Virus record (IMG/VR): IMGVR_UViG_3300042527_000802
Location: 1-64,000 of that record
Length of the DNA: 64,000 bases
DNA from: a virus
Strand: one strand, 5' to 3'
Made by a program: the position numbers and the translations under genes
Part shown: positions 39,858-48,363 of the stretch, one piece after another
Layout of the letters: the number at the start of each line of letters is the position of its first letter
Numbering within the stretch: the stretch's first letter is position 1
Notes under the pieces: generated by a model
The model's input: the letters and a program-made list of their open reading frames with translations, nothing else
Database searches by the model: none
What the model was told of the DNA's origin: nothing

Positions 39858-40517
39858 ATGAATATTTTATCACAAATTAAAAATAATAAAAGCTCTATAG
39901 ATATTGATAGTATACATTACTGCGATCATATCACAGAGTACCCAGTTGCAGACATTATTACAGCCAATTGGAAAACAGTACTTTCTCCTCCAAATATTAA
40001 CAGTAGTAAACAAACATATAATGAATTAATAGAGGTTTATAATAAAAGCACCAAAAGATCAACACAACAGATCGAAACTATTAGAGCGATAGACGCTAAT
40101 GCTAATTATTTTTTATACGAGCTATTAAATAAATTAAATATAACATTTGCTAAAGATATATTTAATGAAATGTATGGAGTCATGAAGCCAATTATTTTAA
40201 ATACAAAAAATTTGTTCAATAGAGCCAGACCATATCAATTAGGAAAATTTTATGATATGGAACCCGATGTTATTGTAACAAGCACACATCACACTCCATC
40301 TTATCCTTCTGGTCATACATTTTATACAAGATTAAGTTGTAATATAGTTGCTAGTCAATATCCTAATTTACAAGACGAATTAGATAAAATTACAAATATT
40401 ACAGCAGAGGCTCGCATCGCACAAGGTGTACATTATCGTTCAGATAATAATGCATCCATCATCTTAGCAGATTACTGGTATAAATACTTAAATCAACAAT
40501 TATATGGAAAGAAATGA
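39858..40517 (+). CDS. PAP2-superfamily phosphatase
   Basis: K..FNRARP, PSYPSGH, RI..GVHY.SD. Confidence 0.85.
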   Translation: MNILSQIKNNKSSIDIDSIHYCDHITEYPVADIITANWKTVLSPPNINSSKQTYNELIEVYNKSTKRSTQQIETIRAIDANANYFLYELLNKLNITFAKDIFNEMYGVMKPIILNTKNLFNRARPYQLGKFYDMEPDVIVTSTHHTPSYPSGHTFYTRLSCNIVASQYPNLQDELDKITNITAEARIAQGVHYRSDNNASIILADYWYKYLNQQLYGKK

Positions 40518-40527
40518 GGGTGGTAAC

Positions 40528-41160
40528 ATGGAACGTATTCATTCTTTATTAAATGATATTAATGATAGAATAAAAAACAGCACAAAAGCATACAATGAAG
40601 ATGTGCAAATTGACGACAATCGAAGAGACTATGATGATGAGATTGATGTTATTGACTTACAAACTGAAATGTTTGCAAATAAAATGCAGCTTGATGCGTT
40701 GAAAAAAGCTCTTAAAAAGATGCGCAAATCTAAAGGACAAGATTTTACAGATATAGAGGATATGGAAGAAGAAACTATTGAACAAGAAATGATGGAATAT
40801 AAAAGTGATTTTTATGAAATGAGTATCGGTTCTATTAGGGCCATAGCCACACATGCGAATGGTATTTTAAAAGCTATCGAAGAAAATAACAGTTCAGTTA
40901 AAGAAAACTTGACAGAGAGCTGGCTACAGGGTAAAATTGCCATCACAGAGGACTACATGCGTACAATTCATGATTTTGTAATGTTTGTGTCCGACGATGA
41001 CGATAACTCTGATGCTGTGTCAAAACTAGGACTTTGGGATAATATAAGAAAGAAAAAAGAAAAAATGGGCAAAAACTATAAGCCCGCAAAGCCTGGAGAT
41101 AAAGATAGACCAGATCCGAAACAATGGAAAAAATTAACAAAAAAAGAAAAAGATAAGTAA
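40528..41160 (+). CDS. Acidic modular hypothetical protein (putative head-internal)
   Basis: SD gagggtgg; ESWLQGKIA..EDY motif; basic C-terminal GLWDNIRKK...PAKPG...RP. Confidence 0.55.
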   Translation: MERIHSLLNDINDRIKNSTKAYNEDVQIDDNRRDYDDEIDVIDLQTEMFANKMQLDALKKALKKMRKSKGQDFTDIEDMEEETIEQEMMEYKSDFYEMSIGSIRAIATHANGILKAIEENNSSVKENLTESWLQGKIAITEDYMRTIHDFVMFVSDDDDNSDAVSKLGLWDNIRKKKEKMGKNYKPAKPGDKDRPDPKQWKKLTKKEKDK

Positions 41161-41216
41161 GATAACATAAGACCGTAAGACTAATATTTGGACCTATTAA
41201 AGAAAGAGGATTTAAA

Positions 41217-41846
41217 ATGGAAAAACAGTTTGAGCCTATGTCTACATATATATCTTTAGCTAAAAAAACCATCAATAAATTTGCCCCCAAATTTTATAAT
41301 GGCTTAAATAAAGAAATGCTTAGCAATGAAGAGGCTATATCAGATGTTGCAACAGCATTGATGTATGCCGATTGGAGATATGATCCAGAAAGAACAGGAA
41401 AAGAAGGAAACAAGAAAACACTATATTCATATAGAAATCAATGCGCTATTTGGGCAATTAAAACATATGTTACTCAAAAATATAAAAATAGTAATAAGCA
41501 ATATAAGGTTCATAGCCTAGATAATACATTCGACGATCAAGATAAATCCAATGGATATTGTATTACAATGAATAATAGTGAGCAAAATCCACTTGATATT
41601 CTGATAGAAAATGAAACAAACGACAATATCTCAGCAGATCTGCTAAAAACATTAAATAGTGGCGTCATATCTGACAAACAAAAACAGCAACTTATAATGT
41701 ACTATTATGACGATATGACATTATCTCAGATTGGCAAAAAATTTAATGTCTCAAGAGAAGCTATTCGTCAAAATATTAAGAGAGCTATTCAAGCTATTAA
41801 GAATTATGATAAAAGCACAGATAGTACTGTATGCTATTCTAATTGA
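41217..41846 (+). CDS. Phage-encoded sigma-70-family RNA polymerase sigma factor
   Basis: Region 2-like A.WRYDP...YSY...AIWAI and region 4 MTLSQIGKKFNVSREAIRQ. Confidence 0.85.
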   Translation: MEKQFEPMSTYISLAKKTINKFAPKFYNGLNKEMLSNEEAISDVATALMYADWRYDPERTGKEGNKKTLYSYRNQCAIWAIKTYVTQKYKNSNKQYKVHSLDNTFDDQDKSNGYCITMNNSEQNPLDILIENETNDNISADLLKTLNSGVISDKQKQQLIMYYYDDMTLSQIGKKFNVSREAIRQNIKRAIQAIKNYDKSTDSTVCYSN

Positions 41847-42150
41847 TAATAGAATAGATAAATTAGAGATTTTATCTAATCATCCAGATAGATACGAACA
41901 ATGTTACGCATACGCAAGGACTGATTTAGATTTTCATTCTCAGATATGCAATATTTTTTCTAAATATTTTGATATAGATTATTCCTATGTCAATTTTATT
42001 TCATTAGAGCCATTTATCGAAAATGAAACTCTTATTCTGCCAGCTTATTGTTTAATACCATATAATGTTACTCTAAAGGAAGGATATTTTGTATCCCCCA
42101 CACATGCTTATAATTCACCAGCTATTAGAAAAATTCTTAATATTATTTAA
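41806..42150 (+). CDS. Hypothetical protein
   Basis: Overlapping operon ORF; start reassigned to ATG 41806. Confidence 0.5.
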   Translation: MIKAQIVLYAILIDNRIDKLEILSNHPDRYEQCYAYARTDLDFHSQICNIFSKYFDIDYSYVNFISLEPFIENETLILPAYCLIPYNVTLKEGYFVSPTHAYNSPAIRKILNII

Positions 42151-42541
42151 ACTAAAAAAGGATCATTATAATACTTCTTTAATAAAAGATAAGTCTAAAA
42201 CCATTGGATCTATTGGATTTGATATACTTGATAGTGATGAGATAGATATATTATACGGCATCCCCTCTGATTTATCAGGTAAAACTCCAGAAGACATAGC
42301 AAATATGGCAGAGCAGTTTGCAGGGCTTTTGGTTTCATTAACTTCTGGAAATCTTAATGAAAGCATTTTCAAATCGTTACGCTATCAAATGTCAAAAACT
42401 TCTGACTCTAATCATATATTATTTATCGATAATATATTAATTTTTTGGTCTGTTTTATATAAGGATAAACTTAAGAAAAGACAAAAAAAATACGATCAAC
42501 ATCAGCCACTAGTAAGACCATCAGAAGTATTCAGGCCATAA
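42089..42541 (+). CDS. Hypothetical protein (start uncertain: TTG 42089 or ATG 42104)
   Basis: Open frame in operon; SD-like aaggaagga upstream. Confidence 0.5.
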   Translation: MYPPHMLIIHQLLEKFLILFKLKKDHYNTSLIKDKSKTIGSIGFDILDSDEIDILYGIPSDLSGKTPEDIANMAEQFAGLLVSLTSGNLNESIFKSLRYQMSKTSDSNHILFIDNILIFWSVLYKDKLKKRQKKYDQHQPLVRPSEVFRP

Positions 42542-42597
42542 GATTGTATTAAATAATTATTGAATTAATATAATAATATCTCAAATAGGAAAAATTT

Positions 42598-43056
42598 ATG
42601 GCTAATTCACCAAAATTAATAATCTGGCAAAAATGGAGAGATCCATTTGGAGAAGAAGATGACGATATTGATATTGAAGAGAATGATGGTTTAGGCGATT
42701 TTTATAATGACGATATTCAAGAAGATCATGATATTGAAAAAAATATAGCAGATAATAAAAAGTTTTTTGCTAAACAGATCAAAGTTATAGCTACTCCTAT
42801 GGGAGTAATTCCAGTCAATGAAAATACTTCAAGCGTAAAAATTTTTAACTTTTGGCTGGGACATACTAATTTCAACCTTACAAAAGGGGTATGTACAGTA
42901 ATAGAGAACATTGATGGTGTGGAAACATTGGATATATTTACAAGGTATCGTTTCAGAATAGGAGTTGGAAAAGCGTTTAAAGATTCTGAAGTCATGCAAG
43001 ATATACAAGAATCTGTATACTCATATATAGAAGAAAATGAATATGAAAAAAGCTAA
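42598..43056 (+). CDS. Hypothetical protein with acidic tract
   Basis: SD agga; WQKW.DP, FNFWLGHTNF, VE.LD..TRYRFRI.VGK.F. Confidence 0.6.
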   Translation: MANSPKLIIWQKWRDPFGEEDDDIDIEENDGLGDFYNDDIQEDHDIEKNIADNKKFFAKQIKVIATPMGVIPVNENTSSVKIFNFWLGHTNFNLTKGVCTVIENIDGVETLDIFTRYRFRIGVGKAFKDSEVMQDIQESVYSYIEENEYEKS

Positions 43057-43726
43057 AGAAATATCTGATCAAGATATAGTTACAATACATAATTATAATA
43101 TCGATATTTCTAATAGAGAAATTTATTTACATTCTTATTTGAGTGAGATGGAAGAAGAGCCAGGAGTAGACTATAGATGCGCTTCAATTTTTGAAAAAAA
43201 TCTTAGATATCTCAATCTACTATCTTCTGAGCCGATACTAATACATATGCATCTTCCTGGCGGAGAATGGCAAGACTGTCTAGGAATGTATGACGCTATC
43301 AAGTTTTCAAAATCAAAAGTTATCATACTTGCCTATGCAAAAGCCGAATCATCAAGCAGTGTTCTATTACAAGCTGCGGATTTAAGAATATTAATGCCAA
43401 ATACAAATGTTTTGATACATTATGGTTCTTTTAGTATTAATGAAGAACACAGTAAAGCAGCAGCAAGTTCTATACAATGGAATGAAGAAGAGTGCGATAA
43501 GATGATAGATATTTTTACCGATAGGTGTATGAATAGTAAGATTGCACAAGAAAAAAATTGGAAAAAAATGATGGCAAAAAAACACATTGTTTCACAGTTG
43601 GCTAATAAATGCGATTGGATACTAACAGCAATTGAAGCTGTGGATTATGGTTTCGCCGATGGTATACTTGGAACTAAAGATTTTCTAACAATAGAATCAA
43701 TCAAAGCATATGCTAAAAAATTATGA
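43037..43726 (+). CDS. clpP: ClpP-like protease (S14)
   Basis: REIYL, PI.IH...PGG, AESSSS (Ser), R...PN...LIH (His), D..LTA.EAVDYGFAD. Confidence 0.85.
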   Translation: MNMKKAKEISDQDIVTIHNYNIDISNREIYLHSYLSEMEEEPGVDYRCASIFEKNLRYLNLLSSEPILIHMHLPGGEWQDCLGMYDAIKFSKSKVIILAYAKAESSSSVLLQAADLRILMPNTNVLIHYGSFSINEEHSKAAASSIQWNEEECDKMIDIFTDRCMNSKIAQEKNWKKMMAKKHIVSQLANKCDWILTAIEAVDYGFADGILGTKDFLTIESIKAYAKKL

Positions 43727-44376
43727 AATATATAGAATATGCGTGTCATGATTATTCTCTAAATGAAACAGAAGTAGAAGCCAACATAACAGCTGCTGCA
43801 AAATATGGAATTAATTCAATATCTATACTTCCATATAGTTTGTCTTTAATAAAAAATCTTTCAATAATTAAAGATAAAAATATTAGCATATCATGTATTG
43901 CAGATTTTCCTGGTGGTAATTGTGATATTAAAACCAGAAACTTTTTAGTAACCCAATTATGCAAACAAAATGTTAATTATATAGATATAATGATACCTAC
44001 AAAAATTATTAGTAATAGAAAATATGATAAATTTAGAGATGATATCAAAACTAATTTAGAAATTTGCAATGAGCACAATGTACAGTTAAGGTATATTTTA
44101 GAATATAGAGTTTATAGCCATGAAATTTTAGCTAAAGTGTGTCAAATATTAGTTGATTTTGGGGTTAAAACTATTTTTCCATCTTCTGGTATGATGTTAG
44201 ACGATATTAGTGATAACCTAATAGCTTGTAATTTTTTAATGACAAAAAGTAAAATTAATACCATTTGTACTGGTAATGTCTATCAAAGTAAACATTGCAA
44301 TATGGTTAAAAATACGGACAACTTATATGGTATTAGATTTTCTAATTTATCAAGTTTAGCCATTTTTCAAAATTAA
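43723..44376 (+). CDS. Deoxyribose-phosphate aldolase (DeoC)-fold protein, catalytic lysines apparently lost
   Basis: IADFPGG, IDIM, LRYILE, GVKTIFPSSG, IRF align with DERA motifs. Confidence 0.65.
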   Translation: MKYIEYACHDYSLNETEVEANITAAAKYGINSISILPYSLSLIKNLSIIKDKNISISCIADFPGGNCDIKTRNFLVTQLCKQNVNYIDIMIPTKIISNRKYDKFRDDIKTNLEICNEHNVQLRYILEYRVYSHEILAKVCQILVDFGVKTIFPSSGMMLDDISDNLIACNFLMTKSKINTICTGNVYQSKHCNMVKNTDNLYGIRFSNLSSLAIFQN

Positions 44377-44414
44377 ATAGGCTTAAACCAAAAGAATGAT
44401 TTTTGGTAATTTTT

Positions 44415-44424
44415 GGGGTATAAG
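44415..44424 (+). promoter_or_regulatory. Candidate late-promoter motif GGGGTATAAG
   Basis: Intergenic, 45 nt upstream of ATG 44460. Confidence 0.45.
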
Positions 44425-44459
44425 ATATATGTCATCCTTTTAATATATGGAGAATAATA

Positions 44460-45017
44460 ATGGCAACCATACAACAGGGCGGTAGTAGTGTAACAGGTAA
44501 CGCTTGGAGTGGCACTTCCACCAAAAATGATAGTGGAGTCGCTCGTAGAATTAAAACAACAAGCCAATTAAGTTCAGTAGCTTCTGGCCTAAATACTCCA
44601 ACTGGTTCGGTTGTTGTTGATGGCACAGATACAAATAAATCTTTAGATGCTGGAACTTTTGCATACAATAACCAAAGACCTGTTGCTAAAAGATTAACAT
44701 CTTCATTAGCCACAGTTACTAGAACATTCCTAATAAGTGGTGCTGCTAGACCAGAATTAGTTGTTAGTGTTAATAAAATAGAATCAGTTGACACCAGAGC
44801 TATTGCCACAGCAATAAGAGCTGGATACTGGAATATCTATAGTGGCCTATTTACTACAAGTCCAACAGTCTCCACAGACGCTATGCACAAGTCTGTTTCT
44901 GGCACATCAGTTATCGACGTAGCAGCAAATGTAAGTCGCTCAAGCACAGGTAGACTCACATATATGCTCGGTGCTGGTAATGCGGTCAAACTCTCTTATG
45001 ATTCAAAGCGCGGTTAA
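44460..45017 (+). CDS. Putative abundant virion structural protein (Ser/Thr/Gly/Ala-rich)
   Basis: SD ggag; own upstream motif and downstream terminator; no Cys; structural-type composition. Confidence 0.5.
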   Translation: MATIQQGGSSVTGNAWSGTSTKNDSGVARRIKTTSQLSSVASGLNTPTGSVVVDGTDTNKSLDAGTFAYNNQRPVAKRLTSSLATVTRTFLISGAARPELVVSVNKIESVDTRAIATAIRAGYWNIYSGLFTTSPTVSTDAMHKSVSGTSVIDVAANVSRSSTGRLTYMLGAGNAVKLSYDSKRG

Positions 45018-45050
45018 TTCATTAATAATTTACATTAGCAATTAGTGTAT

Positions 45051-45085
45051 AATAAGCCAGAAGACAACTTCTGGCTTATTTTTTT
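45051..45085 (+). terminator. Rho-independent terminator
   Basis: 13-bp stem aataagccagaag-acaa-cttctggcttatt followed by T-run. Confidence 0.85.
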
Positions 45086-45100
45086 ATCTGGAGTCGTATT

Positions 45101-45418
45101 ATGTCAGAAACCATTATACATTTTTGGCAATCTTTAGCCACTGTTAGTCTAGGAGTTATTGTTACATTATTAGGTTTTTGGGTTGGAGTAGGTAGAAAAA
45201 TTGTATCTAGAGAAGAAATTGTCGAAATGATTAAAAATGATTCTCCCTACTTACAAGATAAACAATTTATTTTAGAAAGATTAGCAATGAATAAAGAAAC
45301 ACAAGCAGCATTTGCTAATGCTTTACAAAGAAATTCAGATGTAATGAATGAACTTAAAGTACAAATAGCTACACTTGGCAAAACCCTAGAAGCTCTAGAA
45401 GATAGAATAGAAAGATAA
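45101..45418 (+). CDS. Single-TM coiled-coil membrane protein (holin-like?)
   Basis: N-terminal hydrophobic helix then heptad-rich C-terminus; SD ggag. Confidence 0.55.
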   Translation: MSETIIHFWQSLATVSLGVIVTLLGFWVGVGRKIVSREEIVEMIKNDSPYLQDKQFILERLAMNKETQAAFANALQRNSDVMNELKVQIATLGKTLEALEDRIER

Positions 45419-45421
45419 TAT

Positions 45422-45778
45422 ATGAGTTGTTCTGATCATGTAAATCCATCTACTGTTGAATTTGTTGCATATGGAATTAAAACTTCTGAAATTGGACAGT
45501 ATAAAACAATGATAGAGATATCCGTTCCATCTAATGCTAGTAAAAGCATACTAGAGATATCGTTATTTAATAAAACATTATCAAAATATGATTATAGCAG
45601 TATTCATATTCCAATAGATGGCGATTGTTCATGCGTCCCCAATTGCATTGTTCAAACTAAATTATATAATAGTAAATTATATTATGTATTTAATTTTAAT
45701 GCTTTAATAAAAGGACACGAATATACATTAAGTTATTGTTTAAAATATAATAAAGATCCTAGTATAACAACAGTGTGA
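45422..45778 (+). CDS. Hypothetical beta-sandwich-like protein
   Basis: Operon ORF; L.KG.EY.L motif similar to those in neighbouring surface proteins. Confidence 0.5.
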   Translation: MSCSDHVNPSTVEFVAYGIKTSEIGQYKTMIEISVPSNASKSILEISLFNKTLSKYDYSSIHIPIDGDCSCVPNCIVQTKLYNSKLYYVFNFNALIKGHEYTLSYCLKYNKDPSITTV

Positions 45779-45793
45779 TAAATTATAGAATAT

Positions 45794-45821
45794 TTGCATA
45801 TTATTGGATTTGTTCTATTAT
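45794..45821 (+). promoter_or_regulatory. Possible sigma70-type promoter
   Basis: TTGCAT-16 nt-TATTAT upstream of ATG 45860; AT-rich context weakens the call. Confidence 0.35.
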
Positions 45822-45859
45822 AAGTATAAAATATCAAATTATAAAAAGGAAATATATCC

Positions 45860-48265
45860 ATGACTCTGATTATTAGTTCTATTGATTGTTTAGGAGTATC
45901 TGGTTCTAGTGCTAGCCTACTAATTAATACTCCTGAAATCTACCCTAATACCATCATTCAGGCTGCTCAATATGACTCTGGTAGTGGCATTATTGGCTCA
46001 TGGAGCGGAGTGGCATCCCTATCGTCTACTGCACAAACAATATCTATAAATACAAATGAATTAACTCGTTATTTAAAGTTCAGACTATATGATCAGTCTT
46101 GTAGTGGAATATTTAGTAATACTGTTAATTTTAATCAATATGCTAACTGGAATGGTAGTGAATCATTAAGTCCATCTGGAAATGTTACTACTGTAGGTAG
46201 TAATGGACCACCAAGTTTTTATAATACATACGATCAAAATGGACAAGTATATGAGTGGAACGACTTAGACGCTACTGAAAATATCTACAAAGGATTGCGA
46301 GGTGGTAGTTATGCAAGTATTAACATTGACTTACAAGCAGCCACCAGGCCAATGCTACCAGAAGCTTTATATGAAGGAGCAGAAGTAGGATTTAGAGTAG
46401 CATCAAACACTAATCCATCTGGATACAGTAACTTTGTATCTGTTGGAGATTCTAATAATACTGCAGACGATACTGGCTATGGTGCTGTATCTAGTGATTT
46501 TATGATTAGTGAACACTTAACAACAAATTGTGGATACGTTTATTTTTTAAATTGCGTTGCTCAAGATAACGATTCATATGGACTATATAACGAATCAATG
46601 AATACAGATTTAAGAGGAGGAATAAATAAAACTGAAACATATGTGCAGATAGCAGACGATCTGTATCAAACAGTTAGACAATATTCTTGTAAAACAAATA
46701 TGTGCGACAAACCTGTCAATTATGTAAGCTGGTTTGATGCTGCAAGATACTGCAATTGGCTTCATAATGGCAGACCATCTGGTTCATCTAATAACAGCAC
46801 TGAAAATGGAGCATATACATTAAATGGTACAACGACAGGTCCAGCACCAGCTAAAAATGTATCTGGAAATTACTATCTACCAACAGAAAATCAATGGTAT
46901 AAAGCCGCTTATTATAAAGGAGGAGGAACAGATGCCGGATATTGGACTTATGCTACACGAAGTAACTCAACTCCATTCTCTGTGCTTGCAGATGCAATAG
47001 GAAACGGACCATCTGGCACAGGAATGTACTCATGTTCTAGTGAAACAACTCCAGTATTAATTGGTTGTGGGCTAACGACATGGGAGCCTACAGGTTGTAT
47101 AGAATTACCAGAAGGTAATTACTGTATTTATGATGATGATAAATTACCAGATCCTCCACCATCAGCAACAGGAACATATTATGTAAGTAGTAAAATATTA
47201 TTAGATTTTGATGTCAATAAATCAATAAATCATGCACCAGAAGACTCAGTTCCATATTATTGGAGTGGAGTACATTTAGAGCTAGATTATTCTTCTGGAA
47301 ATGACTGGATCGTTTCATCTGCTACAGGTATTCCTACTGGAATTACTTTTAGTGGCAACTATACTCCATTTGCTTACAGTGGACTGCTTGGTTTAGTAAT
47401 GACACTAACAACATTTGAGTATGACGGTACTGTAAAACAAATATTTAATATAGATAATAATTTAGAAAGTCCTTATGGACTTGATCTATCTATAGAAATA
47501 CCTCTAAGATATCGATCTTTCTATAATGACTATACTATTTCTGAAGGATATACTCTTCCAGTATTTAGTGATACTGATAATGATCAATATCTTTTAGGTC
47601 TTACTTCTGGAGTTTGTTATTACGATCCATCTGTTACTTTTCCATCAGGTTCTTATCCTTATAATGTTGGCAGTATTAGTGTAACAATGGTAAATTCTTG
47701 TAGATCACCAGGTCAATCTCCTTGCGTTAGTCCTCCAGGTCCAGCATGCCCAACGTTTACAGTATTGCCTCCTGGATTAGATATAATAGATGTTAATAAT
47801 CAAGGAAGATATGGAAGACCAATTGATATAGACGTAAATTGTGATGGCACAATACGCCCAGTTGATTCTGATTTTACACATTTAAGTCCATCGTATTATA
47901 AATTTTATTTTTCATCAGCTGTAGGAGGCGCTGTTCCTGTTATTGATGATAAATTTCATGATACTACATGGTTAGATCAAAAAATAGTACCAATTCATTC
48001 AGAACCTACGCCAGCAGCTTTAAGAGATTGGGTGTGTGACCATTTACGCTTTGTCTCGCTTACAGACTATTCAGATTATGTTGCAGATAGTGGTAATGAG
48101 GCAAGTTATCATGGATTTATTTGTTTATCAAACAACCCAGGTGTTGCATTATCTGGATGTTTTGCTCTTAAAAATTCTTGGCCATATAACGACTTATATT
48201 GGGAGCAAGGTAGATGCTCAGGATTACCGCCTGGTGAAATTCCAGTTAATCTTGTTCCATGCTAA
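45860..48265 (+). CDS. Surface protein with a circularly permuted FGE-like domain and Cys-containing C-terminal region
   Basis: GNVTTVG..DQNGQVYEW..RGGS..GFRVAS followed by GYGAV..KPVNYVSWFDAARYCNWL..LPTENQWYKAAYY (about 46118-47008). Confidence 0.75.
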   Translation: MTLIISSIDCLGVSGSSASLLINTPEIYPNTIIQAAQYDSGSGIIGSWSGVASLSSTAQTISINTNELTRYLKFRLYDQSCSGIFSNTVNFNQYANWNGSESLSPSGNVTTVGSNGPPSFYNTYDQNGQVYEWNDLDATENIYKGLRGGSYASINIDLQAATRPMLPEALYEGAEVGFRVASNTNPSGYSNFVSVGDSNNTADDTGYGAVSSDFMISEHLTTNCGYVYFLNCVAQDNDSYGLYNESMNTDLRGGINKTETYVQIADDLYQTVRQYSCKTNMCDKPVNYVSWFDAARYCNWLHNGRPSGSSNNSTENGAYTLNGTTTGPAPAKNVSGNYYLPTENQWYKAAYYKGGGTDAGYWTYATRSNSTPFSVLADAIGNGPSGTGMYSCSSETTPVLIGCGLTTWEPTGCIELPEGNYCIYDDDKLPDPPPSATGTYYVSSKILLDFDVNKSINHAPEDSVPYYWSGVHLELDYSSGNDWIVSSATGIPTGITFSGNYTPFAYSGLLGLVMTLTTFEYDGTVKQIFNIDNNLESPYGLDLSIEIPLRYRSFYNDYTISEGYTLPVFSDTDNDQYLLGLTSGVCYYDPSVTFPSGSYPYNVGSISVTMVNSCRSPGQSPCVSPPGPACPTFTVLPPGLDIIDVNNQGRYGRPIDIDVNCDGTIRPVDSDFTHLSPSYYKFYFSSAVGGAVPVIDDKFHDTTWLDQKIVPIHSEPTPAALRDWVCDHLRFVSLTDYSDYVADSGNEASYHGFICLSNNPGVALSGCFALKNSWPYNDLYWEQGRCSGLPPGEIPVNLVPC

Positions 48266-48307
48266 TTTAAAGATACATATATTATTGTCCATACTAGCAA
48301 TAGCTAT

Positions 48308-48317
48308 GGTGTACTTT
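48308..48317 (+). promoter_or_regulatory. Candidate late-promoter motif GGTGTACTTT
   Basis: Intergenic, upstream of ATG 48364. Confidence 0.4.
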
Positions 48318-48363
48318 TAGATAGGAATACTTTGGATTTCTATTATGGCCAATATATACAATT

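Noticed and set aside
40425-40434. GGTGTA motif inside the PAP2 gene (also at 3353)
   Set aside because: Explained by coding (GVHY motif / Gly-Val codons) and far from start codons
44432-44809. 125-aa antisense ORF
   Set aside because: Overlaps the better-supported plus-strand gene that has an SD and terminator
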